DNA of 64,000 bases, from assembly GCF_003334355.1 (NCBI RefSeq), contig NZ_QOWP01000011.1. One strand, 5' to 3'. Both the position numbers and the translations under genes were made by a program. This DNA is from Escherichia coli (GTDB lineage Bacteria; Pseudomonadota; Gammaproteobacteria; Enterobacterales; Enterobacteriaceae). Positions 35,277-46,413 of the stretch are shown one piece after another. Each line of letters starts with the position of its first letter. Position 1 is the stretch's first letter. The notes beneath the pieces are model-generated. The model saw only the letters and a program-made list of their open reading frames with translations, made no database searches and was not told where the DNA came from.

Positions 35277-36469
35277 CAGATTTCCCCTCGTGCTTTCAAA
35301 ATATCGTGAACGGTGAAGATGTCTTTATCGCCGCGACCGGAAAGGTTAACCACCAGTAGCTGCTCTTTATCCGGGTTTTCGCGCATCATTTTCAACGCAT
35401 GGGCCAGGGCGTGGGAGGATTCCAGCGCCGGGATGATCCCTTCGTGCAGGCACAGCGTTTTGAAGGCTTCAAGGGCTTCATCATCGGTAATAGACACGTA
35501 ATCAGCGCGTCCAGTGCTGTTAAGATACGCGTGTTGTGGGCCGACAGACGGGAAATCCAGTCCGGCGGAGATGGAGTAAGATTCTTCAATCTGCCCGTCT
35601 TCGGTTTGCATCATCGGCGCTTTCATACCGAAATAGATACCCACGCGACCATGTTTTAGCGGTGCGCCGTGCTCGCCAGTTTCGATACCGTGACCACCTG
35701 GCTCCACACCAATCAGGCCGACGTTGGTTTCATTGATGAAATCAGCAAACATGCCGATGGCATTCGAACCGCCGCCAACACAGGCGATAACGGCATCCGG
35801 CAGGCGACCTTCTCTTTCCAGAATCTGCGCTTTGGTTTCTTCGCCAATCATCCGCTGAAACTCACGCACAATGGTCGGATAAGGATGCGGGCCAGCTGCG
35901 GTGCCCAGCATATAGTGCGCGGTTTCGTAACTACCGGACCAGTCGCGCAGCGCCTCGTTACAGGCATCTTTCAGCGTCGCGGAACCGCTATGCACCGGGA
36001 TCACTTCCGCACCCATTAAGCGCATACGAAAAACGTTAGGCGACTGGCGTTCAACGTCTTTGGCACCCATATAAATACGGCATTTCAGGCCGAGCAGGGC
36101 GCTGGCAAGGGCCGACGCCACGCCATGCTGACCGGCACCGGTTTCGGCGATGATTTCGGTTTTACCCATCCGCTTCGCCAGCAACGCCTGCCCCAGCACC
36201 TGGTTAGTTTTATGCGCGCCGCCGTGCAGCAAATCTTCACGCTTGAGATACAGCGTGGTGTTCGTCCCGGCTGTAATGTTCTGGCATTTGGTCAGCGCGG
36301 TTGGACGCCCGGCATAGTTTTTCAGCAGGTCGTTGAACTGAGCCTGAAATTCAGGATCTTTTTGCGCACTGACAAAAACTTCTTCCAGCTGGCGCAGAGC
36401 AGGCATCAGGATTTGTGGCACGTACATGCCGCCAAACTCACCAAAATAGGGGTTAAGTAATGTTGTCAT
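35276..36469 (-). CDS. trpB: tryptophan synthase beta subunit
   Basis: 397-aa ORF; PLP lysine context HGGAHKTNQ. Confidence 0.95.
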
Positions 36470-36480
36470 TGTTCCTTTCC

Positions 36481-37842
36481 TTAATATGCGCGCAGCGTCT
36501 GGAAAACCGAGGCCAAAAGACGTGCGTCTTTGATGCCCGGTTGCGACTCTACAGCAGAATTAAAATCAAGTCCGGCGCAGCCGGTTTGTGCCGCTTCCAC
36601 GCAGTTATCTGCGCCTAAGCCCCCCGCCAGCAGAACGTTGCCAAGCGATTGACCATTTAATAGTGACCAGTCAAAACGTTGCCCGCTTCCACCCTGGCCG
36701 TTGTCTAAAACATATTTATCAACGTGCTGAAACTCGCGGGCGGGCAGGGTTTCACCGACGCTTAATGCTTTCCAGATGGCAACATGTGCTGGCAGAGCTT
36801 CACGCAGCGTATCGATATACAGCTGTTCTTCATTACCATGCAGTTGCACTGCCGCCAGCGATAACACCTTAGCTTTGTCCACCACATCGGCAATATCGTG
36901 ATTGCGGAACACGCCAACATACTGCAACGGTGCCGCAGCCATCACTTCCTGCGCCTGTTCAACGTTGACGCAACGCGGTGATGTCGCAACAAAAATCAAC
37001 CCACCGTAAATCGCGCCCGCGTCATAAGCTGCTTTAGCATCTTGCCCACGCGTCAGGCCACATACTTTATTCTCACCCAGCAACACCCGGCGCACGGCGG
37101 CGTGCAAATCGTCATGGGCCATCAACGCCGAACCAATCAGAAAACCGTTAGCGAAGTGGCTTAACTCGCGCACCTGAGCGTAAGTATTGATGCCGGATTC
37201 GCTGATTACCGTCACGTTGTGCCCCAGTTTCGGCGCAAGCTCGCGGGTACGGTTGAGATCAATCGACAAATCACGCAGATCGCGGTTGTTGATGCCAACG
37301 ACCTTTGCCCCCAATGCAATGGCACGCTCCAGTTCCTCTTCATTACTGACTTCGGTCAGCACACCCATCTCCAGACTGTGGGCGACGGCGGCAAGCTGGC
37401 GATATTGTTCGTCATCCAGTACTGAAAGCATTAATAAGCAGGCATCAGCCTGGTAATAGCGCGCCAGATAGATCTGGTAAGGATCGATAATGAAGTCTTT
37501 ACATAAAATCGGCTGCGGGGCGATTTGGCTGACGATGGGGAGGAAATCAAAGCTCCCCTGAAAATATTTCTCATCAGTCAGCACCGAAATTGCCGAAGCG
37601 TAATGTTTATAAATGGCGGCAATGCGTGCTGGATCGAAATCATCACGGATCACGCCTTTTGACGGCGACGCTTTCTTGCACTCCAGAATAAACGCCGTGC
37701 GCGCACCCTGTAGCGCATCATAAAAATGTCGCGTGCTCGGCTGAACCTCATTCTGAAAACTGGCCAGCGGTTGCTGCTGTTTGCGGGTTTCTACCCAAAT
37801 CGCCTTGTCTGCGACGATTTTCGCTAAAACGGTTTGCATCAT
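36481..37842 (-). CDS. trpC: indole-3-glycerol-phosphate synthase / phosphoribosylanthranilate isomerase
   Basis: 453-aa bifunctional ORF. Confidence 0.95.
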   Translation of the reverse strand: MMQTVLAKIVADKAIWVETRKQQQPLASFQNEVQPSTRHFYDALQGARTAFILECKKASPSKGVIRDDFDPARIAAIYKHYASAISVLTDEKYFQGSFDFLPIVSQIAPQPILCKDFIIDPYQIYLARYYQADACLLMLSVLDDEQYRQLAAVAHSLEMGVLTEVSNEEELERAIALGAKVVGINNRDLRDLSIDLNRTRELAPKLGHNVTVISESGINTYAQVRELSHFANGFLIGSALMAHDDLHAAVRRVLLGENKVCGLTRGQDAKAAYDAGAIYGGLIFVATSPRCVNVEQAQEVMAAAPLQYVGVFRNHDIADVVDKAKVLSLAAVQLHGNEEQLYIDTLREALPAHVAIWKALSVGETLPAREFQHVDKYVLDNGQGGSGQRFDWSLLNGQSLGNVLLAGGLGADNCVEAAQTGCAGLDFNSAVESQPGIKDARLLASVFQTLRAY

Positions 37843-39438
37843 TTACCCTCGTGCCGCCAGTGCGGTAACTCTGTCGTAAGCGGAACCACTGCGCAGTACC
37901 TCAAGAACGGTTTGCGCATTGGCTTGCAGATCTTCATGGCCATGCAGGCGCATTAACATGGCGACGTTCGCAGCGACGGCTGCTTCATGGGCGGCGTCGC
38001 CTTTACCTTGTAACAAGCGTGTTAAAATGTCACGGTTTTCTTCCGGTGTTCCGCCTGCCAGTTGCTCCTGGTGGTAGGGAGTCAGGCCAAAATCTTCAGC
38101 GGTCAATTGATAGCTCTTAATTTCGCCGTCATGCAGCTCGGCAACGATTGTCGGCGCGTGTAATGAAACTTCATCCATCCCGCCGCTGTGCACCACCGCC
38201 GCGCGTTGATACCCCAGCACGCGCAAGGTTTCGGCAATCGGCAGCACCAGTTCCGGACTATAAACACCAATTAACGCCAGCGGCGGATGCGCCGGGTTAA
38301 TCAATGGCCCCAGCACATTGAACAGGGTGCGGGTTTTCAGTTGCTGGCGAACCGGCATCGCGTGGCGGAATCCGGTGTGATACTTCGGCGCAAAGAGGAA
38401 ACATACACCTAACTCATCCAGCGCCTGGCGCGATTTATCGGCGTTCATATCAAGATTAATACCGAACGCCGCCAGCAGATCGGACGAACCTGATTTACTG
38501 GAGACGCTACGGTTGCCGTGTTTCGCCACTTTCAGCCCACAGGCCGCGGCGACAAACGCACTGGCGGTAGAAATATTGATACTGTTGCTGCCGTCACCGC
38601 CAGTACCGACGATATCAGCAAACAGATAATCCGGGCGCGGGAACGGCGCGGCGTTTTCCAGTAGCGCGGTTGCTGCTCCGGCGATCTCGTTCGGGTGCTC
38701 ACCGCGAATTTTCATGCTCACCAGCGCCGCCGCCAGTTGTTCCGGCTTCAGCTCGCCACGCACCACCGCTGAAAACAGCTGGTGGCTTTCTTGTTGGCTA
38801 AGCGTCTGCGCCTGATACAGTTTTTCCAGAATCGGTTGCAGCGTGTTGGCTGGCTCTAGTTTCTGCTGCGCCCAGGCCAGCGTTTGTTCCAGCAGGCGAG
38901 CGCCCTGGGTGGTGAGAATGGATTCCGGATGGAACTGGAATCCACAAACGCGATCCGCATCGTGACGTACTGCCATCACCATGCCATTAAAATGGGCGTT
39001 GATGGTTAAACCGGCCGGAATGTTACTGCCAACCAGCGAGTGATAACGCGCCACCGGCAGCGGGTTTGTTAATCCGGCAAACATCGCCTGACCGTCATGT
39101 TCAATGCTCGACGCTTTACCGTGAAGAATTTCGCCCGCCTGACCGACATAGCCCCCGTAAGCTTCGACAATTGCCTGATGTCCGAGGCAAATGCCAATAA
39201 TGGGCAGCTTGCCACGCAAGCGGGTGAGGAGTTCCGGCATACAACCGGCTTCGCTCGGCACACCGGGGCCAGGAGAAAGCATCAGTACCGGATTGCTCAT
39301 CGTCGCCAGGCGTTCAATTAAGGTCTGCGCCGGAATATGGTTGCGGTAAATCACCACGTTATGACCATTGCTGCGCAACTGATCTGCCAGGTTGTACGTA
39401 AAAGAGTCGATATTATCGAGCAGCAGAATGTCAGCCAT
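37843..39438 (-). CDS. trpD: anthranilate synthase component II / anthranilate phosphoribosyltransferase
   Basis: 531-aa ORF; glutamine amidotransferase N-domain plus PRT domain; start overlaps trpE stop. Confidence 0.95.
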   Translation of the reverse strand: MADILLLDNIDSFTYNLADQLRSNGHNVVIYRNHIPAQTLIERLATMSNPVLMLSPGPGVPSEAGCMPELLTRLRGKLPIIGICLGHQAIVEAYGGYVGQAGEILHGKASSIEHDGQAMFAGLTNPLPVARYHSLVGSNIPAGLTINAHFNGMVMAVRHDADRVCGFQFHPESILTTQGARLLEQTLAWAQQKLEPANTLQPILEKLYQAQTLSQQESHQLFSAVVRGELKPEQLAAALVSMKIRGEHPNEIAGAATALLENAAPFPRPDYLFADIVGTGGDGSNSINISTASAFVAAACGLKVAKHGNRSVSSKSGSSDLLAAFGINLDMNADKSRQALDELGVCFLFAPKYHTGFRHAMPVRQQLKTRTLFNVLGPLINPAHPPLALIGVYSPELVLPIAETLRVLGYQRAAVVHSGGMDEVSLHAPTIVAELHDGEIKSYQLTAEDFGLTPYHQEQLAGGTPEENRDILTRLLQGKGDAAHEAAVAANVAMLMRLHGHEDLQANAQTVLEVLRSGSAYDRVTALAARG

Positions 39439-41000
39439 CAGAAAGTCTCCTGTGCATGATGCGCGGTGGCAATAGCGCGCAGTACAGCGCGGGCTTTGTT
39501 ACGGGTTTCGTCGGCTTCCGACTGCGGAACAGAATCAAGGACTACACCAGCACCCGCTTGCACGGTGGCGATACCGTTTTCCACCAGCGCCGAGCGGATC
39601 ACAATGCAGGTGTCGAGATCGCCATGCGCGGTGAAATAACCTACCGCGCCGCCGTAGCTGCCGCGGCGACGACCTTCCGCCTCGGCAATTAACTGCATAG
39701 CGCGTACTTTCGGCGCACCGCTTAACGTCCCCATATTCATACAGGCGCGATAAGCGTGCAGGGCGTCAAGATCGTGACGCAGTTCGCCGACTACGCGAGA
39801 GACGAGGTGCATCACATAGGAATAACGGTCAACTTTGGTGAGATCGGCGACGTAGCGGCTGCCGGGGGTGCAAATGCGTGCCAGATCATTACGGGCGAGA
39901 TCAACCAGCATCAGATGTTCAGACAGCTCTTTATGATCGGTACGCATTTCCAGTTCAATACGGCTGTCGAGATCTCTGTCCAGTGAACCATCGGCGCGAC
40001 GACCGCGTGGGCGTGTTCCGGCAATCGGGTAGATCTCAATCTGGCGGCTGGTGGCATCATACTTGAGCGAGCTTTCCGGCGACGCGCCAAATAGGGTGAA
40101 ATCATTATCCTGCATAAAAAACATGTACGGGCTGGGATTACTCTTTTTCAGCACGTAATAGGCCGCCAGCGGTGACGGGCAGGGCAGAGAGAAACGGCGA
40201 GATGGCACCACCTGGAAAATTTCTCCAGCGCGAATCGCTTTTTGCAACAAACGCACTACGCCACCGAACTCTTCATCGCTCTGATTACATTCACAACGCA
40301 TATGCGGCACGGAAACCACTGGCAGCGGCGGCGCGGCTTCGGTCAGTTGCTGACGTAGTTCGTTCAGGCGAGCAGTGAGACGTTGTTTTTCTTCTTCATT
40401 CGGAGCAAACAGGCTGGCCTGAATACGGGTGCTTTTTTTCTGATGGTCAATCACCATCAGCGTTTCAGCGAGATAAAAACAGAAATCAGGGCAGTTATTT
40501 TCCGCTGACAGTTGCGGTAAATCTTCAAATCCCGCCACAAGGTCATAAGAGAACAGGCCGCCGAAGAACATGGCTTCTCGTTCTTCCTTCGGTACATTCA
40601 ACAGATTCTGCAATAAACGGAAAGCGTCAAAAACCGAAAGGGAGCATAAGCGGGCGTCTTCATCCAGCAGTGGACTGACAGGGGGGAAGCGCAGCACACG
40701 GCAGTTTGGTGATTGTTCACTTTCTACACCCGCAGGCAGGGCGTTATCCAGTAGTGCCAGCAGGGCTTCGCCGTTGCCGGAAAGTGCCTGGATTGTGACA
40801 GTGTCACCTAAAGCTGTAATGCGCAGCGCACTGTCTACCAGCAGCAGGCTTTTTAAATCATCTTTGCTGTCGATATCTGCGGATTCCAGCAGCAGCGTTG
40901 CCGGACGATCCCCACACAACTGGTGAAAAAGCGCGGTGGGATTGTCGCGATAAGCGCCTTCGCAGGTTAGCAGTTCGAGAGTCGGTTTTTGTGTTTGCAT
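39438..41000 (-). CDS. trpE: anthranilate synthase component I
   Basis: 520-aa [31 protein letters not shown]... Confidence 0.95.
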   Translation of the reverse strand: MQTQKPTLELLTCEGAYRDNPTALFHQLCGDRPATLLLESADIDSKDDLKSLLLVDSALRITALGDTVTIQALSGNGEALLALLDNALPAGVESEQSPNCRVLRFPPVSPLLDEDARLCSLSVFDAFRLLQNLLNVPKEEREAMFFGGLFSYDLVAGFEDLPQLSAENNCPDFCFYLAETLMVIDHQKKSTRIQASLFAPNEEEKQRLTARLNELRQQLTEAAPPLPVVSVPHMRCECNQSDEEFGGVVRLLQKAIRAGEIFQVVPSRRFSLPCPSPLAAYYVLKKSNPSPYMFFMQDNDFTLFGASPESSLKYDATSRQIEIYPIAGTRPRGRRADGSLDRDLDSRIELEMRTDHKELSEHLMLVDLARNDLARICTPGSRYVADLTKVDRYSYVMHLVSRVVGELRHDLDALHAYRACMNMGTLSGAPKVRAMQLIAEAEGRRRGSYGGAVGYFTAHGDLDTCIVIRSALVENGIATVQAGAGVVLDSVPQSEADETRNKARAVLRAIATAHHAQETF

Positions 41001-41021
41001 TGTTATTCTCTAATTTTGTTC

Positions 41022-41048
41022 AAAAAAAAGCCCGCTCATTAGGCGGGC
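41022..41048 (-). terminator. trp attenuator (3:4 terminator hairpin)
   Basis: Minus-strand AGCCCGCCTAATGAGCGGGCT followed by T8. Confidence 0.85.
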
Positions 41049-41091
41049 TGGGTATCTGATTGCTTTACGCATGGTGAATACACTGCCCGTT

Positions 41092-41136
41092 TCAGGAAGT
41101 GCGCCACCAACCTTTCAGTACGAAAATTGCTTTCAT
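41092..41136 (-). CDS. trpL: trp leader peptide
   Basis: ATG at 41136; 14 codons [14 protein letters not shown] with tandem Trp codons at 41104-41109. Confidence 0.85.
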
Positions 41137-41159
41137 TGTCGATACCCTTTTTACGTGAA

Positions 41160-41198
41160 CTTTCGTACTAGTTAACTAGTTCGATGATTAATTGTCAA
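41160..41198 (-). promoter_or_regulatory. trp promoter with TrpR operator
   Basis: Minus-strand -35 TTGACA at 41198-41193; palindromic operator ACTAGTTAACTAGT at 41167-41180 overlapping -10 TTAACTA. Confidence 0.8.
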
Positions 41199-41273
41199 CA
41201 GCTCATTTCAGAATATTTGCCAGAACCGTTATGATGTCGGCGCAAAAAACATTATCCAGAACGGGAGTGCGCC

Positions 41274-42155
41274 TTGAGCGACACGAATTACGCAGTGATT
41301 TACGACCTGCACAGCCATACCACAGCTTCCGATGGCTGCCTGACGCCAGAAGCATTGGTGCACCGTGCAGTCGAGATGCGCGTCGGCACCCTGGCGATCA
41401 CCGACCATGACACCACAGCTGCAATCGCACCAGCAAGAGAGGAAATTTCACGTTCGGGACTGGCGCTGAATCTTATTCCCGGCGTGGAAATTTCCACGGT
41501 CTGGGAAAATCATGAAATTCATATTGTCGGGCTGAATATTGATATTACTCATCCGCTAATGTGTGAGTTCCTCGCGCAGCAGACAGAACGGCGCAATCAG
41601 CGGGCGCAGCTCATTGCCGAAAGACTTGAAAAAACGCAAATACCTGGGGCGCTGGAAGGCGCGCAACGACTGGCTCAGGGCGGCGCAGTGACGCGCGGTC
41701 ATTTTGCGCGTTTCCTTGTGGAGTGCGGCAAAGCCAGTTCAATGGCGGATGTCTTTAAAAAGTATCTGGCGCGCGGGAAAACCGGATACGTTCCGCCACA
41801 GTGGTGTACAATAGAACAAGCTATTGATGTCATTCATCATTCTGGCGGTAAGGCGGTGCTAGCTCATCCTGGGCGGTACAATCTTAGTGCTAAATGGCTG
41901 AAAAGATTGGTTGCGCATTTTGCCGAACACCACGGCGACGCGATGGAAGTCGCGCAGTGCCAGCAATCGCCCAATGAACGCACCCAGTTGGCGACCCTTG
42001 CGCGTCAGCATCATTTATGGGCATCACAAGGATCTGATTTTCATCAGCCATGCCCGTGGATCGAACTGGGTCGTAAACTCTGGCTGCCCGCAGGCGTTGA
42101 AGGCGTCTGGCAGCTATGGGAACAGCCGCAGAACACCACAGAGAGGGAATTATGA
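41274..42155 (+). CDS. yciV: PHP-domain 5'-3' exoribonuclease (RNase AM)
   Basis: 293-aa ORF with PHP motif DLHSHTTASDG. Confidence 0.9.
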   Translation: MSDTNYAVIYDLHSHTTASDGCLTPEALVHRAVEMRVGTLAITDHDTTAAIAPAREEISRSGLALNLIPGVEISTVWENHEIHIVGLNIDITHPLMCEFLAQQTERRNQRAQLIAERLEKTQIPGALEGAQRLAQGGAVTRGHFARFLVECGKASSMADVFKKYLARGKTGYVPPQWCTIEQAIDVIHHSGGKAVLAHPGRYNLSAKWLKRLVAHFAEHHGDAMEVAQCQQSPNERTQLATLARQHHLWASQGSDFHQPCPWIELGRKLWLPAGVEGVWQLWEQPQNTTEREL

Positions 42156-42772
42156 GCCAGTTTTTTTATATTCATCCTGATAACCCACAGCAACGTCTGA
42201 TCAACCAGGCGGTGGAGATCGTGCGTAAAGGCGGGGTGATTGTTTATCCAACTGATTCCGGCTATGCGCTCGGCTGTAAAATTGAAGATAAAAACGCCAT
42301 GGAGCGTATTTGTCGTATTCGCCAGCTGCCGGACGGTCACAACTTTACCCTGATGTGTCGCGATCTTTCTGAACTCTCGACCTATTCATTTGTCGATAAC
42401 GTTGCGTTTCGTTTAATGAAAAACAACACGCCGGGCAACTATACCTTCATCCTGAAGGGGACGAAGGAGGTGCCACGCCGTCTGTTGCAGGAAAAACGCA
42501 AAACCATCGGTATGCGTGTGCCTTCTAACCCGATTGCGCAAGCGTTGCTTGAAGCATTGGGCGAACCGATGCTTTCCACTTCGCTAATGCTGCCAGGCAG
42601 CGAATTTACCGAATCCGATCCGGAAGAAATTAAAGACCGTCTGGAAAAACAGGTAGATTTGATTATTCACGGCGGTTATCTCGGGCAGAAACCAACAACG
42701 GTTATTGATCTTACCGATGATACGCCGGTCGTGGTGCGTGAAGGCGTAGGTGATGTGAAGCCTTTCTTATAA
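42152..42772 (+). CDS. yciO: YrdC/Sua5-family protein
   Basis: ATG at 42152 overlapping yciV stop (ATGA); 206 aa. Confidence 0.88.
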   Translation: MSQFFYIHPDNPQQRLINQAVEIVRKGGVIVYPTDSGYALGCKIEDKNAMERICRIRQLPDGHNFTLMCRDLSELSTYSFVDNVAFRLMKNNTPGNYTFILKGTKEVPRRLLQEKRKTIGMRVPSNPIAQALLEALGEPMLSTSLMLPGSEFTESDPEEIKDRLEKQVDLIIHGGYLGQKPTTVIDLTDDTPVVVREGVGDVKPFL

Positions 42773-42799
42773 CAAATTGCGTTCCATGGATGGAAGACT

Positions 42800-44695
42800 A
42801 TGGCAGGGAAGTTTCGCTGCATTTTGCTGTTGATAGCAGGGCTGTTTGTATCATCTCTAAGTTATGCAGAAAACACGGAGATCCCTTCTTATGAAGAAGG
42901 GATCTCGCTCTTTGATGTTGAAGCCACTCTGCAACCAGATGGGGTGCTCGACATCAAAGAAAATATTCATTTTCAGGCGCGAAATCAGCAGATTAAGCAC
43001 GGCTTTTATCGTGATTTACCACGACTCTGGATGCAGCCTGATGGGGACGCTGCACTGCTGAACTATCATATTGTTGGCGTCACCCGTGATGGTATTCCTG
43101 AACCCTGGCATCTTGACTGGCATATCGGGTTAATGAGTATTGTCGTGGGCGATAAACAACGTTTCTTGCCTCAAGGCGACTATCATTATCAAATTCATTA
43201 TCAGGTTAAAAATGCTTTCCTGCGTGAGGGGGATTCTGATCTGCTAATCTGGAACGTGACCGGTAACCACTGGCCGTTTGAAATTTATAAGACCCGTTTT
43301 TCTCTCCAGTTCTCTAATATTGCGGGTAATCCATTTAGCGAAATCGATCTCTTTACCGGAGAAGAGGGCGACACATATCGTAATGGCCGCATCCTTGAGG
43401 ACGGAAGAATTGAATCCCGCGATCCGTTTTATCGTGAAGATTTCACGGTCCTCTACCGCTGGCCTCACGCTTTACTTAGCAATGCCTCGGCTCCGCAAAC
43501 GACGAATATTTTCAGCCATCTTCTTTTACCCTCCACGTCATCGTTGTTAATTTGGTTTCCGTGTCTGTTCCTGGTTTGTGGATGGTTATATCTCTGGAAG
43601 CGCAGGCCGCAATTTACGCCGGTAGATGTGATTGAAACCGATGTCATTCCGCCAGATTACACGCCCGGCATGTTACGTCTCGATGCGAAGCTAGTTTACG
43701 ACGATAAAGGTTTTTGTGCCGATATCGTAAATCTGATTGTGAAAGGAAAAATTCATCTGGAAGATCAGTCTGACAAGAACCAGCAAATCCTGATTCGTGT
43801 TAATGAAGGCGCGACCAGAAATAATGCGGTATTACTGCCCGCAGAGCAGTTATTACTGGAAGCGTTATTTCGTAAAGGCGATAAGGTCGTTCTTACGGGG
43901 AGACGCAACAGAGTCTTACGCAGGGCATTTTTACGGATGCAGAAATTTTATCTGCCGCGTAAAAAGTCTTCGTTTTACCGGTCTGATACTTTTTTGCAAT
44001 GGGGTGGACTGGCAATATTGGCGGTCATTCTTTACGGTAACTTGAGTCCTGTAGGCTGGGCAGGAATGAGTCTGGTGGGCGATATGTTTATTATGATCTG
44101 CTGGATTATTCCTTTTTTATTTTGTTCCCTTGAGCTTTTGTTTGCCCGCGATGATGACAAGCCTTGCGTTAATCGTGTAATCATCACTTTGTTTTTACCA
44201 CTGATTTGTTCAGGCGTGGCCTTCTATTCTCTCTACATCAATGTCGGAGATGTATTCTTTTACTGGTATATGCCAGCGGGTTATTTTACCGCTGTTTTCC
44301 TGACCGGTTATCTCACTGGCATGGGGTATATTTTTCTGCCAAAGTTTACCCAAACTGGACAGCAACGTTATGCCCACGGTGAAGCTATCGTTAACTATCT
44401 TGCGCGTAAAGAGGCGGCAACACACAGTGGGCGGCGTCGGAAAGGGGAAACACGGAAACTGGATTATGCGTTGCTAGGTTGGGCGGTCTCGGCAAACCTT
44501 GGCAGAGAATGGGCAGCACGTATCACCCCATCACTCACAGCGGCTGTTCGCGCCCCGGAAATTGCCCGTAGCGGCGTTTTATTCTCATTACAGACGCACC
44601 TAAGTTGCGGGGCCTATACCAGTTTGTTGGGGCGAAGTTATTCCGGTGGTGGTGCTGGCGGCGGCGCGGGTGGCGGAGGCGGTGGTGGCTGGTAA
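42800..44695 (+). CDS. yciQ: DUF2207-family membrane protein
   Basis: 631-aa ORF with signal peptide, central TM segments and C-terminal Gly-rich tail. Confidence 0.85.
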   Translation: MAGKFRCILLLIAGLFVSSLSYAENTEIPSYEEGISLFDVEATLQPDGVLDIKENIHFQARNQQIKHGFYRDLPRLWMQPDGDAALLNYHIVGVTRDGIPEPWHLDWHIGLMSIVVGDKQRFLPQGDYHYQIHYQVKNAFLREGDSDLLIWNVTGNHWPFEIYKTRFSLQFSNIAGNPFSEIDLFTGEEGDTYRNGRILEDGRIESRDPFYREDFTVLYRWPHALLSNASAPQTTNIFSHLLLPSTSSLLIWFPCLFLVCGWLYLWKRRPQFTPVDVIETDVIPPDYTPGMLRLDAKLVYDDKGFCADIVNLIVKGKIHLEDQSDKNQQILIRVNEGATRNNAVLLPAEQLLLEALFRKGDKVVLTGRRNRVLRRAFLRMQKFYLPRKKSSFYRSDTFLQWGGLAILAVILYGNLSPVGWAGMSLVGDMFIMICWIIPFLFCSLELLFARDDDKPCVNRVIITLFLPLICSGVAFYSLYINVGDVFFYWYMPAGYFTAVFLTGYLTGMGYIFLPKFTQTGQQRYAHGEAIVNYLARKEAATHSGRRRKGETRKLDYALLGWAVSANLGREWAARITPSLTAAVRAPEIARSGVLFSLQTHLSCGAYTSLLGRSYSGGGAGGGAGGGGGGGW

Positions 44696-44907
44696 TTAAG
44701 CTGATGTTAATCGAAACAAGCTTTAACCATAAAGATAGTGTAGTATGTTGCGCCTCAAAGCCAGGCCAGTTAAAACGTCGAGTCGTTTACTTAAGGCCTG
44801 AGGAGTTCAAACAGACTTTACTATCAGTGAGTCAGATGTAAGTTCTGACTCACTGTTGCACAAAAGCATATCAGACGCCTGGGAAGGCGACACCAAAAGG
44901 AAGCTCT

Positions 44908-45783
44908 ATGAGCGAAAAGCTACAGAAAGTGCTGGCGCGTGCCGGCCACGGTTCTCGCCGTGAAATCGAATCTATTATTGAAGCCGGTCGTGTGAGTGTT
45001 GATGGCAAAATTGCTAAACTCGGCGATCGCGTTGAAGTTACCCCTGGATTGAAAATCCGTATCGATGGTCACCTTATTTCGGTACGTGAGTCCGCTGAAC
45101 AAATTTGTCGCGTTCTGGCTTATTACAAACCGGAAGGTGAGTTGTGTACCCGTAACGATCCGGAAGGGCGTCCGACGGTGTTTGACCGTCTGCCAAAGCT
45201 GCGTGGCGCACGCTGGATTGCCGTAGGTCGTCTGGACGTTAACACCTGTGGTCTGCTGCTGTTCACCACTGACGGTGAACTGGCAAACCGTTTAATGCAT
45301 CCAAGCCGTGAAGTTGAACGTGAATACGCCGTGCGTGTATTTGGTCAGGTTGACGACGCGAAACTGCGTGATTTGAGTCGTGGCGTGCAACTGGAAGATG
45401 GTCCGGCAGCTTTTAAAACCATCAAGTTCAGCGGCGGCGAAGGGATCAACCAGTGGTACAACGTTACTCTGACCGAAGGCCGTAACCGTGAAGTTCGTCG
45501 TCTGTGGGAAGCGGTTGGTGTGCAGGTCAGCCGCCTGATCCGTGTTCGTTACGGTGATATCCCACTGCCGAAAGGTCTGCCACGCGGTGGCTGGACGGAG
45601 CTGGACCTCGCCCAGACTAACTATCTGCGCGAACTGGTGGAGCTACCGCCAGAAACCAGCTCTAAAGTCGCTGTAGAAAAAGACCGTCGTCGCATGAAGG
45701 CGAATCAGATTCGTCGTGCGGTGAAACGTCACAGTCAGGTGAGCGGCGGTCGTCGTTCTGGCGGACGTAATAATAACGGTTAA
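44908..45783 (+). CDS. rluB: 23S rRNA pseudouridine synthase
   Basis: 291-aa ORF with S4 domain and RsuA-type catalytic motif [14 protein letters not shown]; basic C-terminal tail. Confidence 0.92.
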
Positions 45784-45790
45784 TCAAAGT

Positions 45791-45818
45791 ATGCCGGACG
45801 TCATATCCGGCATTTTTA
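45791..45818 (+). terminator. rluB terminator
   Basis: atgccgga / tccggcat hairpin then ttttt. Confidence 0.7.
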
Positions 45819-45822
45819 CAGA

Positions 45823-46413
45823 TTAATAATCGATCCCTATCTGCGCTTTTACACCGGCATCAAACGCATGTTTGATGGGGCGCAACTCACTCACCGTATC
45901 CGCCAGTTCAAGAATATCCCGATGACAGCCTCGACCCGTAATAATGACGGTTTGCTGATGTGGACGTTCATTTAACGCCTGCACCACTTCTTCCAGTGGC
46001 AAATAGTCATACGCCACCATATAAGTCAGCTCATCAAGCAAGACCATATCCAGTGAGGAATCAGCAAGCATCCGCTTTGCATGTTGCCAGACTTCGCGGC
46101 AGGCGGTGGTATCAGACTCGCGGTTTTGTGTATCCCAGGTAAAGCCCGTTGCCATCACCTGAAACTCAACGCCATGTGGCTCCAGCAGATTGCGTTCGCC
46201 ATTAGGCCAGGTGCCTTTAATAAACTGCACGACGCCCACTTTTTTTCCGTGACCAACTGCGCGTGTTGCCGTACCAAATGCCGCGGTGGTTTTGCCTTTT
46301 CCATTGCCGGTAAAGACGATGATAATACCGCGTTCATCCTGGGCCTGGGCCACACGAGCATCTACTTTTTCTTTCACTCGCTGCTGACGCTGTTGGTAGC
46401 GTTCATCACTCAT
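45823..46413 (-). CDS. btuR: cob(I)alamin adenosyltransferase
   Basis: 196-aa ORF with P-loop GNGKGKTTAA. Confidence 0.9.
   Translation of the reverse strand: MSDERYQQRQQRVKEKVDARVAQAQDERGIIIVFTGNGKGKTTAAFGTATRAVGHGKKVGVVQFIKGTWPNGERNLLEPHGVEFQVMATGFTWDTQNRESDTTACREVWQHAKRMLADSSLDMVLLDELTYMVAYDYLPLEEVVQALNERPHQQTVIITGRGCHRDILELADTVSELRPIKHAFDAGVKAQIGIDY

Noticed and set aside
34839-40926. Numerous 60-120 aa ORFs in alternative frames or antisense within trpA-trpE
   Set aside because: All are embedded in the five contiguous, translationally coupled trp genes; no intergenic space or start signals
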